Source: a virus
Length of the DNA: 64,000 nt
Virus record (IMG/VR): IMGVR_UViG_3300034101_003783
Location: 40,018-104,017 of that record
Direction: 5' to 3' (one strand)
Under the pieces are notes generated by a model. It was not told where the DNA came from. It did no database searches and saw only the letters and a program-made list of their open reading frames with translations. Shown here one piece after another: positions 10,304 through 20,794 of the stretch (the first letter of the stretch is position 1; the number at the start of each line of letters is the position of its first letter). A program made the position numbers and the translations under genes.

Positions 10304-12486
10304 ATAATAACTGTAGTTGTTGTAGTAATATTATCATTAATTTGATATGTTAAATCATTTGTTGGACAAAATTTAGTATCACAAACAGGGCAGTCAGGAT
10401 CAAACAAATCAAATTTATCTTTTAAAATAATAAAATTATGTTTTATTTCATCAGAAGATAAAGGATCAATATACATTCTAAATTGAGATATACCACCTTC
10501 AAAAGTACCCCCAAAATTTTGTTCTAATAAAATATTTGTGTTTAACCCAGATAAACTAGTTCCACTTAAAATATTATTTGGTAGACATTCAGGATCTTGT
10601 ATGTAATTTGATGTTAATGCGGAACAAGAAGAAAATGTTAGGTTCTCATGTAATCCTTGTGTACCACCTCCCCAAGAAATATTAAATGGTACACCTATTT
10701 GTTTTTCTTTATCGGTAAATAAACCTCTAGGTATTACCTCTTCAAAGTCCTCAATGGTATATATCTTTTTCCCATTAACATAAATTTTTAATCTACCCAA
10801 CCTGTATTTTTTTTCGTCTAACCATATATCATTTAAATTAACTAACTCAATTAATTCTCCATCTTTATCTAAATGAGTTAGTGGAGGTTTTATAAGATCA
10901 ACAGAATTATTAGATAAAGAATCTAAATATTCAAATTTAGTTATATCCCCTAATCCACCATAAAATTTTAAATCACAGAAATCAAACCATGAATATCTTT
11001 CCCATACAACATTAACTAAAAACCAATGTTCTTCATCTAAGAAGGCTGGATTGACAACCTCACAATATGGGTATATTGGGGGTGAGCAATACTCATCAAT
11101 AGTATACCCTGTTACATATGTTTGTCCTGTTGTGCAAGTTCCTGTTGTTTCACATCCACCAGTAAACCTTAAAACTTTAACCCCAATTTGTGGATTTTTT
11201 GGATTTCCACATAATTTAAAAGATATATTATTAGACATAACATCAAACAATGGGTCTGTCTCACAGGTGTATTCCACAGACGTAAAACCTGTATATTCAC
11301 AACTTGTACATTCATCACATTTATAACATTTTGTACAACTTGGGGTACATATAGGTGTTTGCACATTACAATTAGGTGTTGGGCTTGGGGTTGGTGTTGG
11401 GGTTGGAGTTGGTATTACCACAGTCTTACAATTATGTATCTGACATTCCCACCCACAAGACTCACAAGGAGATTCGTTACAACCACAACCACAAGTTACT
11501 GAAACCTCAAGGTTACCATTACATAACCTACAACCATAATTTACATGTGGATCATGTTGATTATTTTTAGATCTAGGAGGGTAAACATATATACACCTAC
11601 TATTAGTTACAGTCTTATCACAACAAGCACATGTTGACGGACAACCACTTAGAGATTCTGTAACTCTAGTATATCCTGTCAGACAATTTGGGTGTCCGTC
11701 AGCATGGTGGTAAAATTTATTTTCCGCTCTTGTACCAAAATAAAAAAAGGTGTTTTTATTTTTTGGGTACAATAAATTTAATGTGGTTTCATTTGGTAAT
11801 GGGGAGTATTCATCAACAAGTCTTGGTTTTAATAACATCTCAACGGACCAACCTTTAGATGTTCTTTCTGGTAAAACTTCATAATCAAAACCAAATAACT
11901 TATAAAAACCTTGATAAAATCCACCATATAGTTCATGGTATTTACCTATAATAGGATCATTTTTACTTACAATTTCGTATAAAGTATTTTTAGATATTCC
12001 TGAAAATCTATTATTATTTTCTGTATATCCCGTTACTTGGAATAACTTAAATCTTCTATCAAAATGTAATCTATCAAATTTTAAAAAATCATCATATAAA
12101 CCTTTTGTATAATTTAAAGTCTCTCCGGTCATTTTTTCTACCAACCCATTGTCTACCCCCGTTAATCCAACATCACATAGTGTTGTTGAGGAAAAACAAG
12201 TTAAATCTTCATTATTTGGGTTGTAATAATTTTGTGAAACAAAAACATTGTTTGGATTAAAATTTTTATATGTTAATGTTAATCCTGTTTGTGAGGTTAA
12301 AGGGTTGTTAATATCAATATTAATTGGTAATTTATTACCATAAGTTTCTGCGATTAAGTATGGTGAAAATACAACTTCTTCTTTATAGTTTCTTTCATCA
12401 GAAGCTAAAGACATATCCATAGATTCAGAAACAAGATTAATTTTGTATTTCTGATACACATATTGATTAATATTTTGTTCCGCCAT
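10300..12486 (-). CDS. LamG/ConA-like fold virion protein with Cys-rich and TP-repeat insertion and poly-Thr C-terminus
   Basis: LKIYVNG...[24 protein letters not shown] is a LamG-like ending. Cys clusters, [13 protein letters not shown], ends [10 protein letters not shown]. Confidence 0.65.
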   Translation of the reverse strand: MAEQNINQYVYQKYKINLVSESMDMSLASDERNYKEEVVFSPYLIAETYGNKLPINIDINNPLTSQTGLTLTYKNFNPNNVFVSQNYYNPNNEDLTCFSSTTLCDVGLTGVDNGLVEKMTGETLNYTKGLYDDFLKFDRLHFDRRFKLFQVTGYTENNNRFSGISKNTLYEIVSKNDPIIGKYHELYGGFYQGFYKLFGFDYEVLPERTSKGWSVEMLLKPRLVDEYSPLPNETTLNLLYPKNKNTFFYFGTRAENKFYHHADGHPNCLTGYTRVTESLSGCPSTCACCDKTVTNSRCIYVYPPRSKNNQHDPHVNYGCRLCNGNLEVSVTCGCGCNESPCESCGWECQIHNCKTVVIPTPTPTPTPSPTPNCNVQTPICTPSCTKCYKCDECTSCEYTGFTSVEYTCETDPLFDVMSNNISFKLCGNPKNPQIGVKVLRFTGGCETTGTCTTGQTYVTGYTIDEYCSPPIYPYCEVVNPAFLDEEHWFLVNVVWERYSWFDFCDLKFYGGLGDITKFEYLDSLSNNSVDLIKPPLTHLDKDGELIELVNLNDIWLDEKKYRLGRLKIYVNGKKIYTIEDFEEVIPRGLFTDKEKQIGVPFNISWGGGTQGLHENLTFSSCSALTSNYIQDPECLPNNILSGTSLSGLNTNILLEQNFGGTFEGGISQFRMYIDPLSSDEIKHNFIILKDKFDLFDPDCPVCDTKFCPTNDLTYQINDNITTTTTVII

Positions 12487-12539
12487 TCTTTTTATTTAAT
12501 AAATACACCAAATCAAAGTATTTATATAAAAAACTATTT

Positions 12540-13532
12540 ATGTCACATTTAAATAATTTGTTAAAAGAAGACAAACCAAAAAACACTGGATCAATTATTA
12601 GTGCCTTAAAAAAATATAAAGATTCTGCGGTTAGTGAACTTAAAGAAACAAGACTACTTGTAAAAATTTTAATAACCACTACTAAACAATATTTGAAAAA
12701 TAAAGATTTTGAATTAAGTGACGAAGAAAAAAAATTTATAAAAGACCAATCTTCAGATATATTAAAATTAATACCCATTATTGTTTTTCAATTAATACCT
12801 GGATCAACTATCGCAACTCCATTTATTTTAAAATTAAGTAAAAAATTAGGAATAACATTAAATAGTAAAGTTCCTGAAAAATATAAAGAAAATAAAGAAG
12901 TTAAAAGTGATGGTGAAATAGAAGAATTAGTCAATGCGGATGGATCCCCAATAGGATCTAATATACCAATGTTAAAACTAAGTCATCACCCAAGAAAAAC
13001 TATGGACCAAACCGCGAGGATGTCTAGAGTTAGTCAGTTTCCTTTTATAAGAGTTTATTATGGAGAATCTAAAGAAGATAAACTAGTATTAGATGAAGAA
13101 GATATGTCTGGTGCTTTTGGTGATGAAGAGACAAAAAATGATAGAACATACGCTGAATGTATGAGAACCATGAAAAAACTTGGGGTTAAGGAATTTTTAG
13201 AAAGAGACGAAAGATGTAAAACTTTTGGATTTGATAAAAATTTAGACAAACAATTAACATTCCAAAAAAGAAAGGGTAAGTGTAAAAAATGTTTTACTAG
13301 AAAAAGATTATCGGAATTGGAGCAAGAAAAAATAGATGTTTTAATTGATGAGATTGTTTTAAATAAAAAATCAAATTCCGAAGATATTGTAAAAAAAGAA
13401 AAAGAAGATTTAGGGAATGAAAAACCAATTCTAAAAATAATTCAAAGAAATTTACAATCTATAAAAAAAATTGCAGATAAAGAAAACATAGGAATAAATA
13501 AATTAGTGCAAATTTTAAAAAAAGGTGAATAA
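12540..13532 (+). CDS. Putative internal head protein with LETM1-like membrane segment
   Basis: EEKKFIKDQSSDILKLIPIIVFQLIPGSTIATPFILK resembles the LETM1-like domain. N-terminal LLKE motif. TATTTAT upstream. Confidence 0.55.
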   Translation: MSHLNNLLKEDKPKNTGSIISALKKYKDSAVSELKETRLLVKILITTTKQYLKNKDFELSDEEKKFIKDQSSDILKLIPIIVFQLIPGSTIATPFILKLSKKLGITLNSKVPEKYKENKEVKSDGEIEELVNADGSPIGSNIPMLKLSHHPRKTMDQTARMSRVSQFPFIRVYYGESKEDKLVLDEEDMSGAFGDEETKNDRTYAECMRTMKKLGVKEFLERDERCKTFGFDKNLDKQLTFQKRKGKCKKCFTRKRLSELEQEKIDVLIDEIVLNKKSNSEDIVKKEKEDLGNEKPILKIIQRNLQSIKKIADKENIGINKLVQILKKGE

Positions 13533-13986
13533 GGATTTATATGATAAAATAATTTATATACCAAAAGAAATGTTGGACCATTTAACGGTATGTTTTGAAC
13601 GTGTTCCTAATTCTGATTCTTCTGTCGAGGGTCACAAAAGAAACGAAGAATTAAGAAATTCAAAATACGCAACCTTTCAACAGTTAGAAAGAATAGATAA
13701 TTGGTTTAGATATTATAACGGAAATAAGGAAGACGCTCCTTATATTTTAAATGGTGGAGACACTATGAGAAATTGGGTGACTAACACAATAAAAGGTTTA
13801 AGAGATAATGATGGTTTTACAAAAAAAATACATAACGATTATATGCCTGAAGAACCTATAGATAAAAATTTTTTAAAAGATTTGGGTCCATTGGCCAGTC
13901 AATTTGATCCAGAGGATAATACAGATAATATAAAAATAAAAGAAAACCTTAACAGGATAAATGATTTAATTAAAAAAATAATTTAA
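13525..13986 (+). CDS. Hypothetical protein (possible internal head protein)
   Basis: GTG start overlapping the upstream stop. Ends IKENLNRINDLIKKII. Confidence 0.6.
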   Translation: MNKDLYDKIIYIPKEMLDHLTVCFERVPNSDSSVEGHKRNEELRNSKYATFQQLERIDNWFRYYNGNKEDAPYILNGGDTMRNWVTNTIKGLRDNDGFTKKIHNDYMPEEPIDKNFLKDLGPLASQFDPEDNTDNIKIKENLNRINDLIKKII

Positions 13987-13987
13987 T

Positions 13988-14272
13988 ATGCCAACTTTAG
14001 AACCACTTGATTTTAGTCAACCTAACAATTTGTTGTCTAAATATGCAGATCAAGAAAGAAAAAAATTAATACCTAAAAATGACTATAAAACAACAAACGA
14101 ATATTCAGCAACAAATAAAGATGCGTTAAGTGATGGAGACGAAAAAGGTAGAGGTACTGGAACTTTTTTAGATGTAACTAACGGAGGAACAAAAACAGAT
14201 ATTTTAGAAAGACAATCCGAAATAGTTATAAATAAATACAAACCAACTAACCCATATACTAAACCAACCTAG
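13988..14272 (+). CDS. Hypothetical protein
   Basis: 94-aa ORF in the operon. Confidence 0.6.
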   Translation: MPTLEPLDFSQPNNLLSKYADQERKKLIPKNDYKTTNEYSATNKDALSDGDEKGRGTGTFLDVTNGGTKTDILERQSEIVINKYKPTNPYTKPT

Positions 14273-14655
14273 TGAAACTTTACAATTCTTTTAAAGATAT
14301 TATTGTTGAGGTAGCATCAATATCCTCAATTGTAGACGCAATTAAAAAAAAACGTCGAGTAATTGTGTATTATGATGGTGATGAACCAGGAGGTAAAGGT
14401 TTGAGAATAATTGAACCTGTTTGTTTTGGATACAGTAAAAAAGGAAATCCAGTATTAAGAGCTTGGGATATGGAGGGAGCCTCACATAGGGGATATAAGG
14501 GTAAAAAACCATTACCTAGTTGGCGGTTATTTAGGGTTGATAAAATTATTGCTTTAAAACCAACAATGGAAAAATTTAACGAACCAAGACCAGATTATAA
14601 TCCTAATGGTGATAAAAGCATGTCAAGAGTTATAATTAATGCGATTTTTGATTAA
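14272..14655 (+). CDS. Stand-alone WYL-domain protein
   Basis: AI..KRRVIVYY, RIIEPVCFG, LRAW and WRLFRVDKI give the WYL fold pattern. No HTH domain. Confidence 0.8.
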   Translation: MKLYNSFKDIIVEVASISSIVDAIKKKRRVIVYYDGDEPGGKGLRIIEPVCFGYSKKGNPVLRAWDMEGASHRGYKGKKPLPSWRLFRVDKIIALKPTMEKFNEPRPDYNPNGDKSMSRVIINAIFD

Positions 14656-14674
14656 AAAATAAAATTTAATAAAT

Positions 14675-15277
14675 ATGAATACAGAACAGGAGTTATTACA
14701 AAAACTACAAATATCAAAAAAAATAATGGAGAGACATAATGATATGGGTAGAAGTTCAGTTAAAGAAAGTATAAATAGAAATGTGGGTGTTGAGGATTTT
14801 GAACCTATTAATGGTAAATATAACATCCCCCAAGATTATTTATCAGAACAAGCCGTAAAACAACAACAAGTACAGTATGAAAATACTGAAGATAAAATTT
14901 TAAATTCTAGATTACCTGATGAAATAAAAAGATTGATGATTGAGCATCCAATACAACAACCTACAAATAATTTAAATTCTTCTGTTTTATCTGATGAATT
15001 GGTTAATAAGGCAACTAGATTAATGAATGTTGATTCTAAAGGTGACTACATTGGTGAAAATAAACAACAAAGACAAATTATACAAAATAAAACAAATCAA
15101 ATTAATGTTGGGGTTGAGGATATAAGAAATATTGTTAGAGAAACTGTTGAGTCTGTTTTAAAAGAAAATGGTCTACTAACAGAATCTGAAAGTAAAACTA
15201 ATGATATTTTTAAATTTAGGGTTGGTCAACACATTTTTGAGGGTAAATTAACAAAAGTAAAAAAAATTACAAAATAA
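14675..15277 (+). CDS. Hypothetical protein
   Basis: 200-aa ORF containing IRNIVRETVESVLKE. Followed by a terminator. Confidence 0.65.
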   Translation: MNTEQELLQKLQISKKIMERHNDMGRSSVKESINRNVGVEDFEPINGKYNIPQDYLSEQAVKQQQVQYENTEDKILNSRLPDEIKRLMIEHPIQQPTNNLNSSVLSDELVNKATRLMNVDSKGDYIGENKQQRQIIQNKTNQINVGVEDIRNIVRETVESVLKENGLLTESESKTNDIFKFRVGQHIFEGKLTKVKKITK

Positions 15278-15296
15278 TTTATTAACTATTAAATTT

Positions 15297-15333
15297 AAAC
15301 CCTCAATAAATTATTGGGGGTTTTTGTTTTTTT
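15297..15333 (+). terminator. Rho-independent terminator
   Basis: AAACCCTCAATAA/TTATTGGGGGTTT hairpin followed by a T-tract. Confidence 0.7.
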
Positions 15334-15371
15334 AGGTTGATATTCTTATATTAATACAATATATTTTTACT

Positions 15372-16589
15372 ATGGAAAAAATTAATGTATTAGTATTACC
15401 TTCAGATAAATCTGGTGTTGGTAAGTATAGGTCCGTAGATCCTCATGTTAAACTACAAAACATGTATCCAGATGAGTTTCATGTTGATATAGATTATCAA
15501 CCAAACGTAAATGATATAAACTACTTTAAGAAATATCAAATTATCCATTTTCATAGAAGTATTGGTCAAGATTATGAAAAATCAGTAGAACTTATTAATA
15601 AGCTAAAAAGTGAAGGTATTATTGTTATTGGTGATATTGATGATTATTGGTTACCAACAAAAGAGCATCCTATACATCAATTAATCGTACAAAATAAAAT
15701 GCACGAAAAAATTGTATCTAATTTAAAGGCGGCATCTTATGTAACAACTACAACTGAAATTTTTGCAAATGAAATTAGAAAATTTAATAAAAATGTTATA
15801 GTGTTACCAAACGCAATAGACCCGCAAGATCCTCAATATAATGAACCAACATTACCTTCAGAAAAAATTAGAGTTGGTTGGTTGGGAGGTTCGTCTCACT
15901 TACATGATTTAAAATTATTAGAGGGTATGGTTAGTAAGTTATCTAATCTACAAGAAAAATTACAATTTTATGTTTGTGGGTTTGACACTAGAGGTGTTGT
16001 TACGGAAATAAATAAACAAACAGGTGAAAAAAAACAAAGACCTATTAAACCTGAAGAAACTGTTTGGGTTAAATACGAACAAATTTTTACTAACAACTAC
16101 CAGATAGTATCACCAAAATACAAAGAATTTTTAGATAAATTTAATGATGAAGAATATTTTGGTAGCACAGAAAAAGAAAATTACATTAGGGTTTGGACAA
16201 GACCGGTTACGTCTTACGCAAAGAACTACTCGAAGTTTGATATATCTTTATCCCCAATTAAAAACCATATTTTTAATAGAATGAAATCACAATTAAAAGT
16301 AATTGAGGCTGGTTTTTATAAAAAAGCGATAATTGCATCTAATGTAGGTCCGTATACTATTGATTTAAAACACGCACTTAAAAACGGTCAATTTACTGAT
16401 GGAAACGCTCTTTTAGTTAATGAAAATAATAACCACAGTGATTGGAGTAAAAATATAAAAAAATTGGTCGAGAACCCTAATATGATTACAGACCTTGGGG
16501 AAAGATTATATGAATCAGTAAAAGATAAATATGATTTAAATAACGTCACAAAAGAAAGATCTTCATTTTACAAATCACTAATTAAATAA
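15372..16589 (+). CDS. GT-B (GT4-like) glycosyltransferase
   Basis: GVGKYRS..PH, DIDDYW, VLPNAID, VGWLGGSSH..DL, FNRMKSQLKVIEAG and IIASNVGPY motifs. Confidence 0.85.
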   Translation: MEKINVLVLPSDKSGVGKYRSVDPHVKLQNMYPDEFHVDIDYQPNVNDINYFKKYQIIHFHRSIGQDYEKSVELINKLKSEGIIVIGDIDDYWLPTKEHPIHQLIVQNKMHEKIVSNLKAASYVTTTTEIFANEIRKFNKNVIVLPNAIDPQDPQYNEPTLPSEKIRVGWLGGSSHLHDLKLLEGMVSKLSNLQEKLQFYVCGFDTRGVVTEINKQTGEKKQRPIKPEETVWVKYEQIFTNNYQIVSPKYKEFLDKFNDEEYFGSTEKENYIRVWTRPVTSYAKNYSKFDISLSPIKNHIFNRMKSQLKVIEAGFYKKAIIASNVGPYTIDLKHALKNGQFTDGNALLVNENNNHSDWSKNIKKLVENPNMITDLGERLYESVKDKYDLNNVTKERSSFYKSLIK

Positions 16590-16594
16590 AAAAA

Positions 16595-17326
16595 ATGATT
16601 AATATACCAATTACAAAAATTTTATTCTTGGATATTGAAACTGTTGGTGGATGTCCTGATTATGAATCTTGTCAAAAGTTTAGTCCTGAAATTGCAGACC
16701 AATATGTAAAATATTATGATTGGTTTAAAAAAAGATTTCCTGAAGATCATATTGAGGTACCAAAAACAAAAATAGAATCGGATAAAAGAATGAATGAGGT
16801 CTTTAAAAAAAGAGCGGCTCTTGTACCAGAATTTGCAAAAATTGTTTGTGTTTCAGTGGCCTTTGTTTTAGAAAATGGTGAAACTAAAAAACAATCTTTT
16901 TACGGTGATGACGAGAAAAAATTATTAAAGGAAGTTAGGACTCTTCTTGACCGTTGTGAAAAACTTGGGTTTTTTCTTTGTGGTCACAATCTAAAAAATT
17001 TTGATATTCCAATGTTAGCAAAAAGAATGATCATAAATGGAATTCGTCCCTCAAAAATTCTTCCATCTTATGATACAAAACCTTGGGAAATAAAGGCAAT
17101 TGACACAAAAGAAATTTGGCAATATGGAGCGTATACGTCAATAGGATCTTTAGATTTATTATGTTCTTGTTTAAATATCCCAACCCCAAAAGATGGTGAA
17201 GTTACAGGATCTTCTGTTCACAAATCATACTGGGAAGACCAAAAAATAAAAGAAATTGCGGAATATTGTGAGAAGGATGTTGAAGTTTTAATTGACGCAA
17301 TAATGAAATTAAAAAGTTTAGAATAA
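16595..17326 (+). CDS. DEDD 3'-5' exonuclease (PolB-exo-like)
   Basis: LFLDIETV, GHNLKNFDIP and YCEKDV motifs. Confidence 0.85.
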   Translation: MINIPITKILFLDIETVGGCPDYESCQKFSPEIADQYVKYYDWFKKRFPEDHIEVPKTKIESDKRMNEVFKKRAALVPEFAKIVCVSVAFVLENGETKKQSFYGDDEKKLLKEVRTLLDRCEKLGFFLCGHNLKNFDIPMLAKRMIINGIRPSKILPSYDTKPWEIKAIDTKEIWQYGAYTSIGSLDLLCSCLNIPTPKDGEVTGSSVHKSYWEDQKIKEIAEYCEKDVEVLIDAIMKLKSLE

Positions 17327-17931
17327 TGAATAAAAATGATTTAAATAAAATTTTATCTCAAACAAAAGATCTTGAGAAATTATTTGAGGGTACTGAATTA
17401 AACGATGATGTTGAGTTAGATGCTCTTATGAATGAGTATGGTATAGATTTAAATGAATTAGAAAAAGTTTTTACTGATGATATACCAAAAGTTAAAATGA
17501 ATATTAAACTTATCCATAAAGATGCTATATTACCTAAATTTGCTTATGAAACGGACTCCGGTGTTGATTTATATTCCGTTGATGAACACATAATACCACC
17601 TATGGGAAGGTCATTAATTTCAACAGGAATTGTAATTGATGTTCCTGAAAACCATGAAATTCAGATTAGATCAAAAAGTGGATTGGCATTAAACCAAGGT
17701 TTATTTGTTTTAAATTCACCTGGAACTGTAGATCAAGGGTATACGGGCGAAATAAAAGTAATACTATTTAACACAAACAATGAAGAGTTTAAAATTACAA
17801 AAGGAATGAAAGTCGCTCAAGCGGTTTTGTGTCCTGTTGTTTGTGGTAAATGGGTAGATATTGTAAAAGTTTCTGAAGTAGAAAATAAAGATAGGTCTAA
17901 CAATGGGTTTGGAAGTACAGGATTAATTTAA
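17326..17931 (+). CDS. dut: Trimeric dUTPase with acidic N-terminal extension
   Basis: SGVDL, RSKSGLA, GTVDQGYTGEI, AQAV and RSNNGFGSTG correspond to the five dUTPase motifs. Confidence 0.93.
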   Translation: MNKNDLNKILSQTKDLEKLFEGTELNDDVELDALMNEYGIDLNELEKVFTDDIPKVKMNIKLIHKDAILPKFAYETDSGVDLYSVDEHIIPPMGRSLISTGIVIDVPENHEIQIRSKSGLALNQGLFVLNSPGTVDQGYTGEIKVILFNTNNEEFKITKGMKVAQAVLCPVVCGKWVDIVKVSEVENKDRSNNGFGSTGLI

Positions 17932-17937
17932 ATTTAA

Positions 17938-18633
17938 ATGGTCACAGTTTATACAGTAACTTATAACGAAGAGTTAATTATTGAGTTTTTTATAAATCAC
18001 TATAGAGAAAATTTTCCAAACTGTAAAATTGTAATATTTGATAACTATTCAACAGACAAAACTGTAGAAATCGCAAAATCATTTGGTTGTTGTGTAATAT
18101 TTTTTGATACTAATAATAAGTTTTCAGATAAAAAACATATTGAAATAAAAAATAGTTGCTGGAAAGATTCTGAAACTGAATGGGTTGTTGTGTGTGATTG
18201 TGATGAACTAATCCAAATTAATGAAGAACAATTAAAAAAAGAACAAAAAAACGGACATACAATCTTCAAATTTAACGGATATAATTTAATGAATCATAAT
18301 GATGGTAACTTAGAAGATATTTCCTATGGGTGGCCTGATGAAGGGTACGACAAAATTTTATTATTTAATAAAACAAAAATTAAAGAAATAAACTACAATT
18401 ATGGTTGTCACGAATCAAATCCGGTTGGGATTTTAAACTATTGTAAAAATTATAACATGTTTCACTATAATTTTTTGGGTAAAAATTATACAATTAATAG
18501 ATATAAAAATTTTTCAGAAAGACTATCTGAAGAAAATATAGAACTAAGGTTAGGTTATCACTATTTTAGTGATGAACAAGAAATTAATAAATTATACGAT
18601 AATAATAAAGGATTTTTAATTAAGTTAAAATGA
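17938..18633 (+). CDS. Glycosyltransferase family 2-like
   Basis: VTYNEE, DNYSTDKT, WVVVCDCDE and GCH motifs. Confidence 0.8.
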   Translation: MVTVYTVTYNEELIIEFFINHYRENFPNCKIVIFDNYSTDKTVEIAKSFGCCVIFFDTNNKFSDKKHIEIKNSCWKDSETEWVVVCDCDELIQINEEQLKKEQKNGHTIFKFNGYNLMNHNDGNLEDISYGWPDEGYDKILLFNKTKIKEINYNYGCHESNPVGILNYCKNYNMFHYNFLGKNYTINRYKNFSERLSEENIELRLGYHYFSDEQEINKLYDNNKGFLIKLK

Positions 18634-20141
18634 TAACAATAATATATTCAACACATAAAGATTTAGAATATAATTCTAAATTTAAACAACATCTATTACA
18701 AACATCTGGAGTTGATGGGATTCAAATATTAGAATATGTCAATTATAACAAATTTTCATTATCTCAGGTATATAATATCGGAATTACTGAATCAATACAT
18801 GATATAATTGTTTGTTGTCATAATGATATTAAATTAGAAAAAAATTGGGGTAAAAAATTATTAAAAGATTATGAAGATAATTTAGATTACGGAATAATAG
18901 GTAAAGCAGGATCTTGTTATTTCCCAAAATCTGGAATCTATTGGGAAAAACTATCTCAAACAATGGTGGGTCAAGTGTATCATTTTCCCCCTAAACAGAA
19001 AAAATTTTTAAGTAGATATTCTCCAAAATTACCATTTCTAATACCTGTAGTTACTATTGATGGTCTTTTTATTTCTTTTAACAAAAATAAAATAAAACAT
19101 AAATTTGATGAAACTTTTGGTAAATTTCATTTTTATGATCATGGATTTTGTATACCAAACTATATAGATGGAGTTAAGATTGGAGTTACTTCTTCTTTTG
19201 AAATTACTCATGAGTCTATTGGACAACCAAATAAAGAATTTTGGGAATCAAAAGATTTATTTTTAAAAAAATGGGGAGATAAATTACCAATTGATCTTAA
19301 ACCAAAATTTATATTTGCACCAAAAATAAAAAGACAAGAATTTAAAAAATTTGGTAAAGTTGCAATTATCATACCAACAAAAAATAAATCCGAAATGTTA
19401 ATTGAATGTTTAGAGTCCTATTTATTAAATTGTGATAATAATGTTTTTGATATTTTTATTGCCGATACAGGTTCATCAGAAGAGGAAAAAAATAAAATAA
19501 AATATTTTATAAAAAATTATAATAATATAAATTTAATTGAGTTTGATTACTATAATTTTGGTAAAATAAACAATGAGGTCGTAAGAAATGAAATTGGGGA
19601 CTCATACGAATTTTTATTATTTTCAAATAACGATATTAAAATAATGAACGATGTTATAAGCGGCATGTTACAAATCTTTAAAGAAAATCCAAGAACAGGG
19701 ACTGTTGGATGTAGGTTACACTTTGAAGACAATACTATACAACACGACGGCATTTTAATTGCAAAACATAAAAATGATAACAAACTACATTTAGGTCATA
19801 TAAATATGAAAAATTACTATAACTATTTTAACGAAACAAAAGAAGTTATTGGGAATACCGCAGGTCTAATGATGGTAAGAAAAAATGTCTTTGAAAAAGT
19901 TGGGTATTTTAATGAAAACTATGTTTCATGTTTTGAAGATGTTGAATTAAATATAAAATTAATATCTATGGGATTAAAAAATTTTATTAGTAGTAAATCT
20001 GTTGCTTACCATTATGAATCACAAACAAGAAAAGAAGATTTAGATTATGAAAAAAAATTAGTTAACGATTATAACACTACTTTATTACCGGTACTTAAAG
20101 AAAATATAGAAAAAATAAAAGATAAAATAATTATAGTTTAA
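18630..20141 (+). CDS. Two-domain GT2 glycosyltransferase
   Basis: N-domain CHNDI, IDGLF, FHFYD. C-domain IIIPTKN, ADTGS, FSNNDI, FEDVEL, HYESQTR. Confidence 0.85.
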   Translation: MITIIYSTHKDLEYNSKFKQHLLQTSGVDGIQILEYVNYNKFSLSQVYNIGITESIHDIIVCCHNDIKLEKNWGKKLLKDYEDNLDYGIIGKAGSCYFPKSGIYWEKLSQTMVGQVYHFPPKQKKFLSRYSPKLPFLIPVVTIDGLFISFNKNKIKHKFDETFGKFHFYDHGFCIPNYIDGVKIGVTSSFEITHESIGQPNKEFWESKDLFLKKWGDKLPIDLKPKFIFAPKIKRQEFKKFGKVAIIIPTKNKSEMLIECLESYLLNCDNNVFDIFIADTGSSEEEKNKIKYFIKNYNNINLIEFDYYNFGKINNEVVRNEIGDSYEFLLFSNNDIKIMNDVISGMLQIFKENPRTGTVGCRLHFEDNTIQHDGILIAKHKNDNKLHLGHINMKNYYNYFNETKEVIGNTAGLMMVRKNVFEKVGYFNENYVSCFEDVELNIKLISMGLKNFISSKSVAYHYESQTRKEDLDYEKKLVNDYNTTLLPVLKENIEKIKDKIIIV

Positions 20142-20143
20142 AT

Positions 20144-20794
20144 ATGGCAAATGGAATATATAAAATAACAGAAGAGTTTGAGCAGGCACTTTCTAATTAC
20201 ACTTGTGCCCCTTATGTTATAACAGTTGATAATCAATCTAATGCATTATTTTTGTCGTTATATTATGAAAAAAATATAAAAAAATCTATAGATGTAGACA
20301 CAATTACAATACCATCAAGAACGTACCCATCTGTTCCTTGTGAAATAATTCATGCAGGATTAAATGTTAATTTTAAATCGGTTGAGGGTAAAACTTTAAA
20401 AGGGTCTTACAATTTAGAGGGTAGTAATGTTTGGGATTCGGCATTAAGCTTTACTTATAATATGTATAAACCAAATACACACATGTGTGTTTCATTTACT
20501 GGCCCCTATAAGCATTTTAAATTATCAAAAGGAGGAGCAATTTTAACTGACGATCATGATGCATATCTTTGGTTTAAAAGAGCCAGATATAGTGGAAGGA
20601 GAGAATGTTCATACCATGATGATAATTTTGATATGTTAGGTTGGAACTTTTATATGATGCCTGAGTTAGCATCAAGAGGTTTGTTATTAATGAATCAATT
20701 TTATAAAGGAGAAACCCCAAAACATAATGAAGATATAGAAATGCCATATCCAGACCTATCTAAATTTGAAATTTATACGAAAAAAAATATATGA
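20144..20794 (+). CDS. DegT/DnrJ/EryC1/StrS PLP aminotransferase, short form
   Basis: FEQAL, NALFLSL, WDSA, SFTGPYK (PLP Lys), GGAILTDD and GWNFYM motifs. Only 216 aa. Confidence 0.8.
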   Translation: MANGIYKITEEFEQALSNYTCAPYVITVDNQSNALFLSLYYEKNIKKSIDVDTITIPSRTYPSVPCEIIHAGLNVNFKSVEGKTLKGSYNLEGSNVWDSALSFTYNMYKPNTHMCVSFTGPYKHFKLSKGGAILTDDHDAYLWFKRARYSGRRECSYHDDNFDMLGWNFYMMPELASRGLLLMNQFYKGETPKHNEDIEMPYPDLSKFEIYTKKNI

